NCBI GenBank assembly: GCA_965217115.1
Contig: OZ244239.1
Span: 1,504,001-1,568,000 of the forward strand
Direction: 5' to 3'
DNA from: Bdellovibrionales bacterium
Lineage (GTDB): Bacteria > Bdellovibrionota > Bdellovibrionia > Bdellovibrionales > CAYMLA01
DNA: 64,000 bases
A model generated the notes under the pieces. The model searched no databases, was not told where the DNA came from, and worked only from the letters and a program-made list of their open reading frames with translations. Position numbers and translations under genes: made by a program. This document shows, in pieces, positions 50,458 through 59,504 of the stretch. Each line of letters begins with the position of its first letter. Positions within the stretch are counted from its first letter, which is position 1.

Positions 50458-52305
50458 TTGCGTTTTTCTTCAGAATTCATTGATAAGGTTTTAGAGGCAA
50501 CAGATATTTACGATCTGATCTCTCAATACACTTCCTTTAAAAAATCATCAGGTCATCGTCATACAGGGCTTTGTCCGTTTCCTGATCATAATGAAAAAAC
50601 TCCAAGTTTCTCTGTGGATGTTGGTAAGCAACTCTATTATTGTTTTGGCTGTAAGAAGGCGGGGAACGGATATAACTTTATTCAAGATTACATGGGTCTG
50701 TCTTTTCCTGAAGCGTTGGAATTTTTGAGTCGTCGTGCAGGAATATCGATGCCAGAGCCTGAGAGAAAAGGAAGGGAAGGTGGAGCTTCTTATGCTGATC
50801 GTAAAAAAAGTTTAATCAATTTGAATCGATTGGCAGAGACTTTTTATTTGGAGTCTTTTAATAAGTTAGAGAAGACCCATCCGGCGAGGGTGTATGCTCA
50901 GAAGAGGGGATTGTCGTCTGAGATCTGTGAGAGATTTAAAATTGGTTATGCTCCCGAAGAGTGGGAGGCGTTGGTGGGTTTTCTCGATACAAAAAAAGCG
51001 TCTCTGTCGTTAGCGGCGGAATTGGGGTTAGTGCGTAGGCGATCTGATGGTAAATCTGGTTGTTATGATATGCAGAGGGGGCGGTTGATTTTTCCTATTC
51101 TATCTACTTTGGGTGAACCCCTGGGGTTTGGTGGTAGAATCATAGGCGAGGGTGAGCCCAAGTATTTGAATAGTCCTGAGTCATTAGTTTTTAAAAAAGG
51201 AAAGCTGCTCTATGGCTTGAATGAAGCGGTGAGAGAAATTCGTAGCCAAGATCGTATTGTGATTGTTGAGGGCTATATGGATGCCATTGCCTTGCACAGT
51301 TCGGGAATCAAAGAAGTGGGAGCTGTTTTAGGGACGGCTTTGACGGAAGATCATGGGCGTTTAATTAAGCGTTATACAAAGAATGTGGTGTTACTTTTTG
51401 ATGGAGATCGGGCTGGATTGGCGGCGGCGGAGAAGAGTTTGCCTGTGTTGTTGACCTCGGGTTTGTTTCCTAAGGCTGTGTTTTTGCCAGATAAGATGGA
51501 TCCAGATGATTATCTTTGTCAACACGGGGAGGCATCCCTACGAGAGAAGTTAGATCGGGCCTCAGATTTGTTTAATTTGGTTGTCGATGGCTGGATGGAG
51601 TCTTATTCGGGGGCGGCTTCGGAAAAAGTAAAACTGGTACAGAAATTGACAGCCATTCTGCCCATGGGGAGCAATAAGAGTTTGATGGGACTTTACTTGG
51701 AGGATGTTTCCCAGAGGCTAGGGGTGTCTCTTCAGTGGTTGGTAGATGCGATTCGTCAAAATCGTGGAGATGAAAAAGGAACGGGGCTGAGGAGAGCTGT
51801 TGCGTCTGAGGAAGAAAAAATAGAAATTGATGGGTCAAATGAAGTTGAGCGAATAGACGTTTCAAAAGCTCCCGTGGAGCAGTTAAAACTGTTGCAGTTG
51901 GCCTGTAAGCGGGAGGAGCTTTTTGCCAGAGTAGAGGGAGAAGATATTTTAAAATATATGAGTCACGAGGGAGTTTTGAAGGTTTTTGAACGTTTGGTGG
52001 ATGCCTATAGACAGACCCCCGAAAAATTTGCTACATTTGGCGCCCTGCTATCCTCTTATGTCCTGGACCCAATGGAGCTGTTGAGTATGGATAAAAATGG
52101 GGAAGAGGTTGATTTAGGTGTGGATTTTCAAGAGTTTGAAGGGTGCGTTAAGAGGTTGAAGCAGAAGAGTTTTCAGGAACAAACATTGCAGTTAAAAAAC
52201 ATGGCCAAGAGTCAGAGCTTGGATGATGACCTCTTGGAGAAATTTATGAAGTTAAAGCGTAGCAAAATGGCTCTGGACAAGGAATCGAATAAGCGAGATG
52301 ATTGA
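50458..52305 (+). CDS. dnaG: DNA primase
   Basis: CPFPDHNEKTPSF, CFGC, KYLNSPES, VEGYMD, FDGDRAG, DPDD. Confidence 0.97.
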   Translation: MRFSSEFIDKVLEATDIYDLISQYTSFKKSSGHRHTGLCPFPDHNEKTPSFSVDVGKQLYYCFGCKKAGNGYNFIQDYMGLSFPEALEFLSRRAGISMPEPERKGREGGASYADRKKSLINLNRLAETFYLESFNKLEKTHPARVYAQKRGLSSEICERFKIGYAPEEWEALVGFLDTKKASLSLAAELGLVRRRSDGKSGCYDMQRGRLIFPILSTLGEPLGFGGRIIGEGEPKYLNSPESLVFKKGKLLYGLNEAVREIRSQDRIVIVEGYMDAIALHSSGIKEVGAVLGTALTEDHGRLIKRYTKNVVLLFDGDRAGLAAAEKSLPVLLTSGLFPKAVFLPDKMDPDDYLCQHGEASLREKLDRASDLFNLVVDGWMESYSGAASEKVKLVQKLTAILPMGSNKSLMGLYLEDVSQRLGVSLQWLVDAIRQNRGDEKGTGLRRAVASEEEKIEIDGSNEVERIDVSKAPVEQLKLLQLACKREELFARVEGEDILKYMSHEGVLKVFERLVDAYRQTPEKFATFGALLSSYVLDPMELLSMDKNGEEVDLGVDFQEFEGCVKRLKQKSFQEQTLQLKNMAKSQSLDDDLLEKFMKLKRSKMALDKESNKRDD

Positions 52306-52358
52306 CGGAATTTCTTAGATTTATTAAAGTGATGATTAATTCTTAGAGAGGGTTCTTG

Positions 52359-54143
52359 ATGGAAGCATTGATGGAAACGACTGTTGAAGAACAAAAAGCG
52401 ATTGTTAAGGTCGAGGTAAAACGTTTTGTTGCTTTAGCCAAAGAGAAAAATCATATTTTTGTTGAGGAGATCAACGATCTTTTGCCAATTGAGGTGATAT
52501 CGATCGAAGCGCTTGATATGTTGATGTTGGCTTTAGAGGTCAATGGTGTTGATGTTAAGTCCTTAGCTCAAATGGAGAATGACAAAGAGGGTTTTCTATC
52601 TGATCCGACAGAAGAAGATGGAGTAGATGCTGAGGATCGAGCTGAAGAAGAGGCAGTGAAGGGCAATGACCCTGTTCGATTGTATTTGCGTAAAATGGGA
52701 AGCGTCTCTCTTTTGACCCGTGAGGGCGAAGTTGAGATTGCTAAAAGAATCGAGAATGGTGAGCGAGAGATTGTGATGGCAATCTTGATGTCTCCCATGG
52801 GAACCACTGAAATTATTCAGCTGGGTGAGAGATTGAATGCGGGAAAGATAAAATTAAAAGCTATCTTTCGTGGAATGGAGGATGAGGAAACTCAGTATAC
52901 TGAAGAGGAGTACTTAGAAAAAATCCATGAATTAATTGGTGAAATTAAAAAATATCAAAAAAAGGCACAACCCTTTTTTAATAAACTTCGTAATGAGTCT
53001 ATTACAACTGAAGAGAAACGAGAGATTCTTAAAAAGGTGGGAGAACAGAATGTCGTTTTGATGAATGGTTTTAATGCGGTTAACTTCAATCGCAAGACGA
53101 TCAATCGTATTGTGATTAAATTTAAAAACCTTGTGTCTCGAATGACGGAATTACGTAAGCGAGTGAATGAGGCGTTGAAAAAAGCATTTGCGAAAGATCT
53201 AGTGGAGATGAGTGCTCGCGTAAAATTAATTGCGAGTAATGAGAAGGAGTTGATTAGGCTAAATCGTGATACGGGTTTAAGTTATGATCAGTACAAGACC
53301 TATTGCTCTAGGGCGGAGGATGCTCAAAAGCGTTTGGCTCATATTCATGATGACACTCAGATGAACTTCTCCTGGATTCGCGACACTTACACGGCGATTT
53401 GGAAGGGTGAACATGCAGCTGATGAAGCTAAATCTGAGTTAGTTGAAGCGAATTTACGTCTAGTGGTCTCCATTGCTAAGAAGTACACAAACCGTGGTTT
53501 GCAGTTTTTGGATCTTATTCAAGAGGGCAACATCGGTTTGATGAAGGCTGTGGATAAATTTGAATATCGTCGTGGTTATAAGTTTTCGACCTATGCAACT
53601 TGGTGGATTCGTCAGGCGATTACGAGAGCTATTGCTGATCAAGCAAGAACGATTCGTATTCCTGTTCATATGATTGAAACAATTAATAAGCTGGTAAGAA
53701 CCTCTCGTTATTTGGTGCAGGAGTTGGGTCGAGAGCCGATGCCTGAGGAGATTGCGGAGAAGATGGATATGCCCGTGGACAAGGTCCGCAAGGTTCTTAA
53801 GATAGCTAAGGAACCAATCAGTCTAGAAACTCCTGTTGGAGAGGAGGAGGATTCTCATCTCGGTGATTTTATTGAAGATAAGAAAGTGATTAATCCTTCT
53901 GAGGCTATTGTAAATATGAATTTGGCGGAGCAAACTCGCCGAGTTTTATCAACGTTGACTCCGCGAGAGGAGAAAGTTTTACGTATGCGTTTTGGGATAG
54001 GTGAAGACAGTGATCACACTTTGGAAGAGGTGGGTCAGGATTTCAATGTAACCCGTGAGCGCATTCGTCAAATTGAAGCAAAGGCTTTAAGAAAATTACG
54101 TCATCCTAGCCGATCAGGTAAATTGAAATCATTTGTTGATTAG
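52359..54143 (+). CDS. rpoD: RNA polymerase primary sigma factor
   Basis: [47 protein letters not shown]. Confidence 0.98.
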   Translation: MEALMETTVEEQKAIVKVEVKRFVALAKEKNHIFVEEINDLLPIEVISIEALDMLMLALEVNGVDVKSLAQMENDKEGFLSDPTEEDGVDAEDRAEEEAVKGNDPVRLYLRKMGSVSLLTREGEVEIAKRIENGEREIVMAILMSPMGTTEIIQLGERLNAGKIKLKAIFRGMEDEETQYTEEEYLEKIHELIGEIKKYQKKAQPFFNKLRNESITTEEKREILKKVGEQNVVLMNGFNAVNFNRKTINRIVIKFKNLVSRMTELRKRVNEALKKAFAKDLVEMSARVKLIASNEKELIRLNRDTGLSYDQYKTYCSRAEDAQKRLAHIHDDTQMNFSWIRDTYTAIWKGEHAADEAKSELVEANLRLVVSIAKKYTNRGLQFLDLIQEGNIGLMKAVDKFEYRRGYKFSTYATWWIRQAITRAIADQARTIRIPVHMIETINKLVRTSRYLVQELGREPMPEEIAEKMDMPVDKVRKVLKIAKEPISLETPVGEEEDSHLGDFIEDKKVINPSEAIVNMNLAEQTRRVLSTLTPREEKVLRMRFGIGEDSDHTLEEVGQDFNVTRERIRQIEAKALRKLRHPSRSGKLKSFVD

Positions 54144-54173
54144 CTACTGAGGACTCAGTGAAATATCTCTAGT

Positions 54174-54250
54174 GGGGGTTTAGCTTAGCTGGTTAAAGCA
54201 TTCGGCTCATAACCGAAGGATCCGGGGTTCGAGTCCCTGAGCCCCTACCA
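54174..54250 (+). tRNA. tRNA with CAT anticodon, probably Ile2 (elongator Met not excluded)
   Basis: Cloverleaf; loop CTCATAA; lacks the initiator GGG/CCC anticodon stem; encoded CCA; after rpoD like E. coli ileX. Confidence 0.93.
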
Positions 54251-54461
54251 TTTTATTAGGTCTTTTTAGCTGTAAGTTTAAAACCCAAGTAAGGTTCAAG
54301 TGTTAATAATTTTAATCTGAAGCAGGATTCTTTAGTCTTCTTTCACGAAATTTCAACCTATTTCACAATGTGGAACCTTTTAGTTGTTTGGAGTGTGTTT
54401 TATTTATTCTGTCATGCCATTGGTAGACCTGAAGTCCCTGTGACTTTGATTTGGCGACTTC

Positions 54462-54881
54462 ATCATAAAGTGATGAGTGGTATTGATAAACCTTGGGGTT
54501 GTCCAAGCCCTTTTAATAAAGAGGCTTGCACGAAGTGGAACAAGGTTTCTTCTGCAAAGATAAATCGTCGTGGGGAGGTGAGAGATGGAAATTAATATCT
54601 TAAACTTAAGTCCATCACATTGAGAAGAAGATGTCTGAAAACTCAGAGTCATCTGTCAGGTTTTCGTATCTCTTGCAGACGCTTCTTGAGAATACAGAAG
54701 GTCAAAGGGATAGGTCAGTATGATTGGGACTCCAATGGTTGTAAAAAGTATTGTTGATTCTGGGTTTACGGCTTTTACAAGTACGCTGACTTCAGTGGTG
54801 GCGATGACTATGGTTAGTGTAAAGGCTAAGGCTATGAGCCTTGCAGGGGCTGGAAAAAGAGCTTTTAAAAGATAATCTAAA
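54462..54881 (+). ncRNA. Candidate ~420-nt structured non-coding element, copy 1
   Basis: Direct repeat with 62310-62729; many nested helices with G-U pairs on the + strand. Confidence 0.5.
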
Positions 54882-54943
54882 CATGAAGTCTTTATTTTTA
54901 AAGATGTCATATCCCAATTTTCTAACCACTTGGCCCATTTCAT
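54882..54943 (-). pseudogene. 5' stub of a gene truncated at the 420-bp element
   Basis: MKWAKWLENWDMTSLKIKT with RBS-like AAGG, then runs into the repeat. Confidence 0.55.
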
Positions 54944-54957
54944 TTATTAACCTTGAG

Positions 54958-55176
54958 TCATCCTAGATTGTTACTATTTTTTTTATCTGGGTTAGAGACT
55001 GGAGTTTTTACTCCATTAATTTCTCGAGTATGATAATCATCATAATTACCTTTATCAATCTTTTTAACAAATTCAGCACGAGTCATTTTAATTCCAGTAC
55101 TCTTATCTCTAAATAGCTGGTTTCTTCCTTTATTGTTTTCTGCTATAGTTTCGACTGTTTTTCCTTTCTTTCCCAT
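54958..55176 (-). CDS. DUF3892-like small protein
   Basis: GGAGG RBS; MTRAEFVKKIDKG...SNPDKKNSNNLG. Confidence 0.7.
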   Translation of the reverse strand: MGKKGKTVETIAENNKGRNQLFRDKSTGIKMTRAEFVKKIDKGNYDDYHTREINGVKTPVSNPDKKNSNNLG

Positions 55177-55476
55177 GCAATATCCTCCATTTAGTGTCCA
55201 CCTTCTCCACCAAGTATACTCTGAAAATTAAATCCCTCATCACCTAAAACCAAAGATGTGCCATTTTGCAACAAGTTTAGATGAAGATTTGTAGATTTTT
55301 TGTATGATTTCCTTGAGGATACGGAGAGTTTTTCCTGAAGCACGAGAATTTAGTTCTTGAATCATATTATTCATGGAGTTTTCTTTATAAGTCCAATGAG
55401 CATTATTTTTCAATTTTGACTTGCCTAAGAGCCTTTGGATTGAAGTTGGCAAGCTATTGATTCAAATAATTAACAT

Positions 55477-55669
55477 TGAAGTTCCCTCAAAAAACTGGAG
55501 TGCGTAGCCTGGCTGTGGTGCACTAAATTAATCAATTTTTCTATCCAATAAAAAGCAGAAAGAAACACATTGGCGACATTGTTTAAAATCACAATACTTG
55601 ATGAGTTAAGTGTAGCTTAGTGTCTCTTTTTATTTATAGAAAAGTGTCCAGTTTTTTGGGGGAAGTACA
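55477..55669. mobile_element. IS3-family-derived MITE / internally deleted IS (193 bp)
   Basis: TG...CA ends; TGAAGTTCCCTCAAAAAACTGGAG vs reverse-complemented right end TGTACTTCCCCCAAAAAACTGGAC (20/24). Confidence 0.75.
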
Positions 55670-55686
55670 TTGTGCCCCCTATCTTC

Positions 55687-56256
55687 TTATTTTTTGAGGC
55701 CCTCTATTGGATATGCGCATAGATATAATCGTTCTATTTGGTCGCAAAGCTGCGTAAATTCATATCCTCCTACTAACAATTCAACATATCCATCTTGGAA
55801 TCCTATTTCTCCATTTTCTCCAGTGATACGAAAGCTTCCATGCGCAATAGAGTTTCTAATGCGGCGACATAATCCAATTGGAAGCTCTGTGCTTATAGTT
55901 TGTTGATTTTCGTCTTTCTCAAATATCTGCTTAAACAAATGTAGTGATGATGATTTATCAATGGAGATCAACTGAGATTCAAGCAAATCATTTCTCATGC
56001 ATATAAAGACAGCGTAGGCCCTTAGGATTACTTGTCCCCAAACAAGACAAAATTTACTAGTGGAATCAGAATAATTATGCTCAAGCACTGGAATTTTCTT
56101 AGCCAAACCGTTTAGCATCAGAGAATTTCTAAAATAAGTTTCTTTCAATTGCGAATCTTGGAGAGTGTCAGCGATATCTTTATTGGGAATATTTTTTAAC
56201 TTTTCAACAATTTTAGATAAGTTGATAGCGGTCAGGTGGAATGATTTGTTAGGCAT
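55687..56256 (-). CDS. HEPN-motif protein (putative RNase / defence effector)
   Basis: RxxxxH motif in RRIRNSIAHG; RBS before MPNKSF. Confidence 0.6.
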   Translation of the reverse strand: MPNKSFHLTAINLSKIVEKLKNIPNKDIADTLQDSQLKETYFRNSLMLNGLAKKIPVLEHNYSDSTSKFCLVWGQVILRAYAVFICMRNDLLESQLISIDKSSSLHLFKQIFEKDENQQTISTELPIGLCRRIRNSIAHGSFRITGENGEIGFQDGYVELLVGGYEFTQLCDQIERLYLCAYPIEGLKK

Positions 56257-56442
56257 AGCCTTTCCTTTTTTGGTCTTGAATATGACATTCATGATGAACA
56301 AGCCTTACATTGCTTTCTTGGTATCCAAGAAATGCCTCGAACCGATCAAGTTCGGAGCCTTTTTCAATAAGAGATTTTTTACACAAAGCACAAATGCCTT
56401 TTTAATATTTCCACAAAAAAAGCCCAAGGCAGAATACAAATA

Positions 56443-56476
56443 AAAAAAGGCTACAAATTAAATTGTAGCCTTTTTT
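56443..56476. terminator. Bidirectional intrinsic terminator of paralog A
   Basis: AAAAAAGGCTACAA-attaaa-TTGTAGCCTTTTTT. Confidence 0.85.
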
Positions 56477-56496
56477 AGATAGGAAAGTTAATATTT

Positions 56497-57027
56497 TTAA
56501 TAAACTTTTTTAAAGTAATAGCAATTTGCAATAACAGTATGAGTATTCAGATCAAAAACCTGACCCACAAAATAATCTCCATATTTTTTTAATGAGTAGT
56601 GTGTAAATTCATTTGCAGATACTAAAGAGCCCTCCTGTTCCTTGGTGGTAAAGACCTCATTATCGAACATCCGTGTAAGTTCTTTCACATCATTTTTAAA
56701 TTCTGATAAATTATTATCAAAATAGTTCGCTGGTAGGGTTCTTCTATCAGAAACAAATATCATTTGCTGTGCTGTCCTTGGAGGAAAGTCGTTACGATTA
56801 TCTGGATGTATAATTACGCGATATGTTAATAGTCCAGCTTCTGGCTTGCTTGGCTTTCTTGCATTGTAACATCTTCCAGACCACCAACCAAAAATTTCTT
56901 CTTTTGTAGGTAGGGTTCCTTGGTCAAACATCTCTCCGAGTTCTTCAAAATCAGTGGGAAATTCTGATGCTGCATGGACATTGCTAAATGCTAGGCATGA
57001 TAAGAGAACAATAGATAGAAACTTCAT
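56497..57027 (-). CDS. Secreted paralog family member A
   Basis: AAGGAG RBS, signal peptide (VHA|ASE), conserved GWWSGRCY and ANCY.FKKVY. Confidence 0.9.
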   Translation of the reverse strand: MKFLSIVLLSCLAFSNVHAASEFPTDFEELGEMFDQGTLPTKEEIFGWWSGRCYNARKPSKPEAGLLTYRVIIHPDNRNDFPPRTAQQMIFVSDRRTLPANYFDNNLSEFKNDVKELTRMFDNEVFTTKEQEGSLVSANEFTHYSLKKYGDYFVGQVFDLNTHTVIANCYYFKKVY

Positions 57028-57133
57028 TTCAACTCCTTATTTATATTGCCTACTTAGGCAATGGTTTTGTTACGAGCTTTACCGCTCATAAAGTTATTGT
57101 GCTTTATTTAAAACACACAGCCTATTTAACAGT

Positions 57134-57182
57134 TCACAGATGGGGCTTTTTATTTTGTGTCCCATTTTTGGGGTACAGATCA
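57134..57182. mobile_element. Isolated 49-bp IS3 end
   Basis: Identical to 59416-59464, the end of the full IS. Confidence 0.9.
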
Positions 57183-57221
57183 TAAATTGTAGCCTTTTTT
57201 TAGATAAGAAAGTTAATATTT

Positions 57222-57746
57222 TTAATAAACTTTTTTAAAGAAATAGCAATTTGCATAAACACCCCTAAGATAATGAGAAGACTGGCCCACAAAATAATCT
57301 CTATATTTTCTTAGTGAGAAGATTACAGATCCATCTGTAGCTAAAGAACCCTCCTTTTCCTCGGTGATAAATTTCTGATTACCACGGTCCCTTATACGTT
57401 GTGTCACATTACCTTTAAACCTTGATAAATCATTATCAAAAGAGTTCGCTGGTGCTTTTGTTGTTGGACGATGAAACATCATTTGATGTGCTGTCTTTGG
57501 GGGGAAATCGCCACCATTATCTGGGTGTATATTTATGCGAGATGTTAATAGGCCAGCTACTGGTTCGCTTGGCGCTTTTGCTGTGTAACATCTTCCAGAC
57601 CACCAACCAAAAGTTTCTTCTTCTGTAGGTAGGGTTCCTTGGTCAAACATCTCTCCGAGTTCTTCAAAATTAGTGGGAAATTCTGATGCTGCATGGACAT
57701 TGCTAAATGCTAGGCATGATAAGAGAACAATAGATAGAAACTTCAT
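57222..57746 (-). CDS. Secreted paralog family member B
   Basis: Same signal peptide, RBS and Cys motifs as A. Confidence 0.9.
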   Translation of the reverse strand: MKFLSIVLLSCLAFSNVHAASEFPTNFEELGEMFDQGTLPTEEETFGWWSGRCYTAKAPSEPVAGLLTSRINIHPDNGGDFPPKTAHQMMFHRPTTKAPANSFDNDLSRFKGNVTQRIRDRGNQKFITEEKEGSLATDGSVIFSLRKYRDYFVGQSSHYLRGVYANCYFFKKVY

Positions 57747-57986
57747 TTCAACTCCTTATTTATATTGCCTACTTAGGCAATGGTTTTGTTACGAGCTTTA
57801 CTGCTCATATACTTATTGCGTTTTATTTAAAACACACAGTCTATTTAACAGTTTTTCTATAAATGTCTACAATTATAATAATGGATTCACTAGTACCTAA
57901 AAAAAACCTACAATGCAAAAAAACTAAATAAAAACAAATATTTAACCAAGGCCACTCTCTTTTAATAAAACAAAAAGGAGTCAAAA

Positions 57987-58072
57987 ATGCTTCAACAAAC
58001 AGCTAGAAAATACTTTGAAGTCTGGGGAGACACTCAATCTCAAAACACTTTTCTAAAAGGCCTACTCATACT
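57987..58072 (+). pseudogene. Gene start interrupted by the IS3 element
   Basis: AAGGAG RBS, then MLQQTARKYFEVWGDTQSQNTFLKGLLI ending at the IS end. Confidence 0.55.
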
Positions 58073-58116
58073 TGATCTGTACCCCAAAAATGGGACAGGT
58101 TAATAAAAGGCCCAAG

Positions 58117-58978
58117 TTAAAAATTAAGATGCCTTCGATATTCACTCGGGGGCATCTTTTTTAGTCCTAACTGTGGACGTCTATGGTTATAATACTTTAT
58201 TTTCTTCGTCACTTCTTTTTTACATCTTCAAGTGTTTTACATTCTTTCAAATCTAGATGATCTTTTAGAAGTCCAAAAAACTTTCTATTGGTGCATTATC
58301 TAAACAATTTCCTTTTCTACTCATTGATTGAGTTACCCCTTTTCTTGCAAGTTTGTCTCTAAAGCTAAAATGAGTAAAGTGGAGTCCTTGATCAGAATGC
58401 ACAACAAGCCCCTCTAAAACCTCCTCTGATAAGTTTTTTAGTGTTTTATCAATCGCTCTATTACTCATCCCCAAATCAATTTTATTAGAAACATCAAAAC
58501 CAACAACCTCCTTTGTCCCAATATCTTTAACAGCTGCAAGGTAAGCTTTTTTATTCTCATATTGAAGGGTCGTTATATCTATTGAATAAATTTGATCTGG
58601 CTTCAAATCTTTAAAGTTTCTATCAACTAAGTTTGCACATGTTTCATGCTCAAGTTTCTTTTTAGAAAAACAACGATGTTTGTTCTTCTTTCTAATCTGA
58701 GTCTCCAATCCAAATTTCTTTTTTATCCGTGCAATTCTTTTATGGTTCAGAACAAGTCCCTCTCCAAGCTCTATAGACATCTTCAATTGCCTTATCCCAT
58801 CTCTACCCTTGCTTTTTTGATAATACTTTTTAATGATTTTAAACAAGTCTTTGTCACGTTTACTCATTTTAAGATTTGTTCGATAGTAATTACTTTTTGA
58901 TATCTTAAATTGATGTAGAAGATAACTTACGCGAATACATTTTCTTTTTATTTTGGCCTTAGCTATTTGTATTTTTAA
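58117..58978 (-). pseudogene. IS3 transposase OrfB (DDE) with two frameshifts near the C-terminus
   Basis: SIDIT, HSDQG, SRKGNCLDNAPIESF; remainder GLLKDHL...YYNHRRPQLGLKKMPP lies in shifted frames. Confidence 0.85.
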
Positions 58979-59382
58979 GATTTCTTTTTCGCTAAGGCCT
59001 TCTTCTTTTTTAGCTCTTCAATGACTCCTTCTTGAACATCAATAATCGCCAAAAGCTCATCATAACTTAGATTCTCATAATTTATTTTTTTGGGCCTTCC
59101 CGAACTACCAAGCCCTCGATATTCAGTGAAAAATGAGCTTTTCCCTAGGGTTTGATGTTTCTCCCTCCATTTTTTAATGCTGTTTACAGGATAAGTTGAA
59201 ATAAAAAAACTTAAATCAATATCTGCATCTTTAAAAATGAGAACTTGGCTCTTCCCTCTAAAATACTCTTCTACTGCATGAATCTTAAATTCAGGAGTAA
59301 AAACAACGTGCTTTTTAGTTAATTTTTCTACATTAGGGTTCTCAAGAAGCTTTTGCCTTTGAAATTTAGATAGTTTATGCAT
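58975..59382 (-). CDS. IS3 transposase OrfA (HTH)
   Basis: LLENPNV...FTPEFKIHAV; GRPKK; ends IEELKKKKAL at the frameshift window. Confidence 0.88.
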   Translation of the reverse strand: MHKLSKFQRQKLLENPNVEKLTKKHVVFTPEFKIHAVEEYFRGKSQVLIFKDADIDLSFFISTYPVNSIKKWREKHQTLGKSSFFTEYRGLGSSGRPKKINYENLSYDELLAIIDVQEGVIEELKKKKALAKKKS

Positions 59383-59504
59383 TTCTGTACTCCTAAAACA
59401 ATAAACCCCATCATATCACAGATGGGGCTTTTTATTTTGTGTCCCATTTTTGGGGTACAGATCATTAAATTGTAGCCTTTTTTTAGATAGGAAAGTTAAT
59501 ATTT

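Larger units (their letters stand above)
58073..59464 (-). mobile_element. IS3-family insertion sequence (1392 bp)
   Basis: Perfect 25-bp terminal IR TGATCTGTACCCCAAAAATGGGACA; orfA/orfB; A AAA AAG slippery site at 59005-59011 (minus strand). Confidence 0.95.

Noticed and set aside
369..53669. Numerous short antisense or overlapping ORFs in the six-frame track
   Set aside because: They are shadows of well-supported genes on the other strand or frame
54368..54652. ORFs 54368-54595 (+) and 54404-54652 (-) as real genes
   Set aside because: No recognisable motif; both straddle the repeat boundary and are not preserved as such in copy 2
54462..54881. Group II intron or retron ncRNA
   Set aside because: No GUGCG 5' end or domain V recognised, and no adjacent reverse transcriptase
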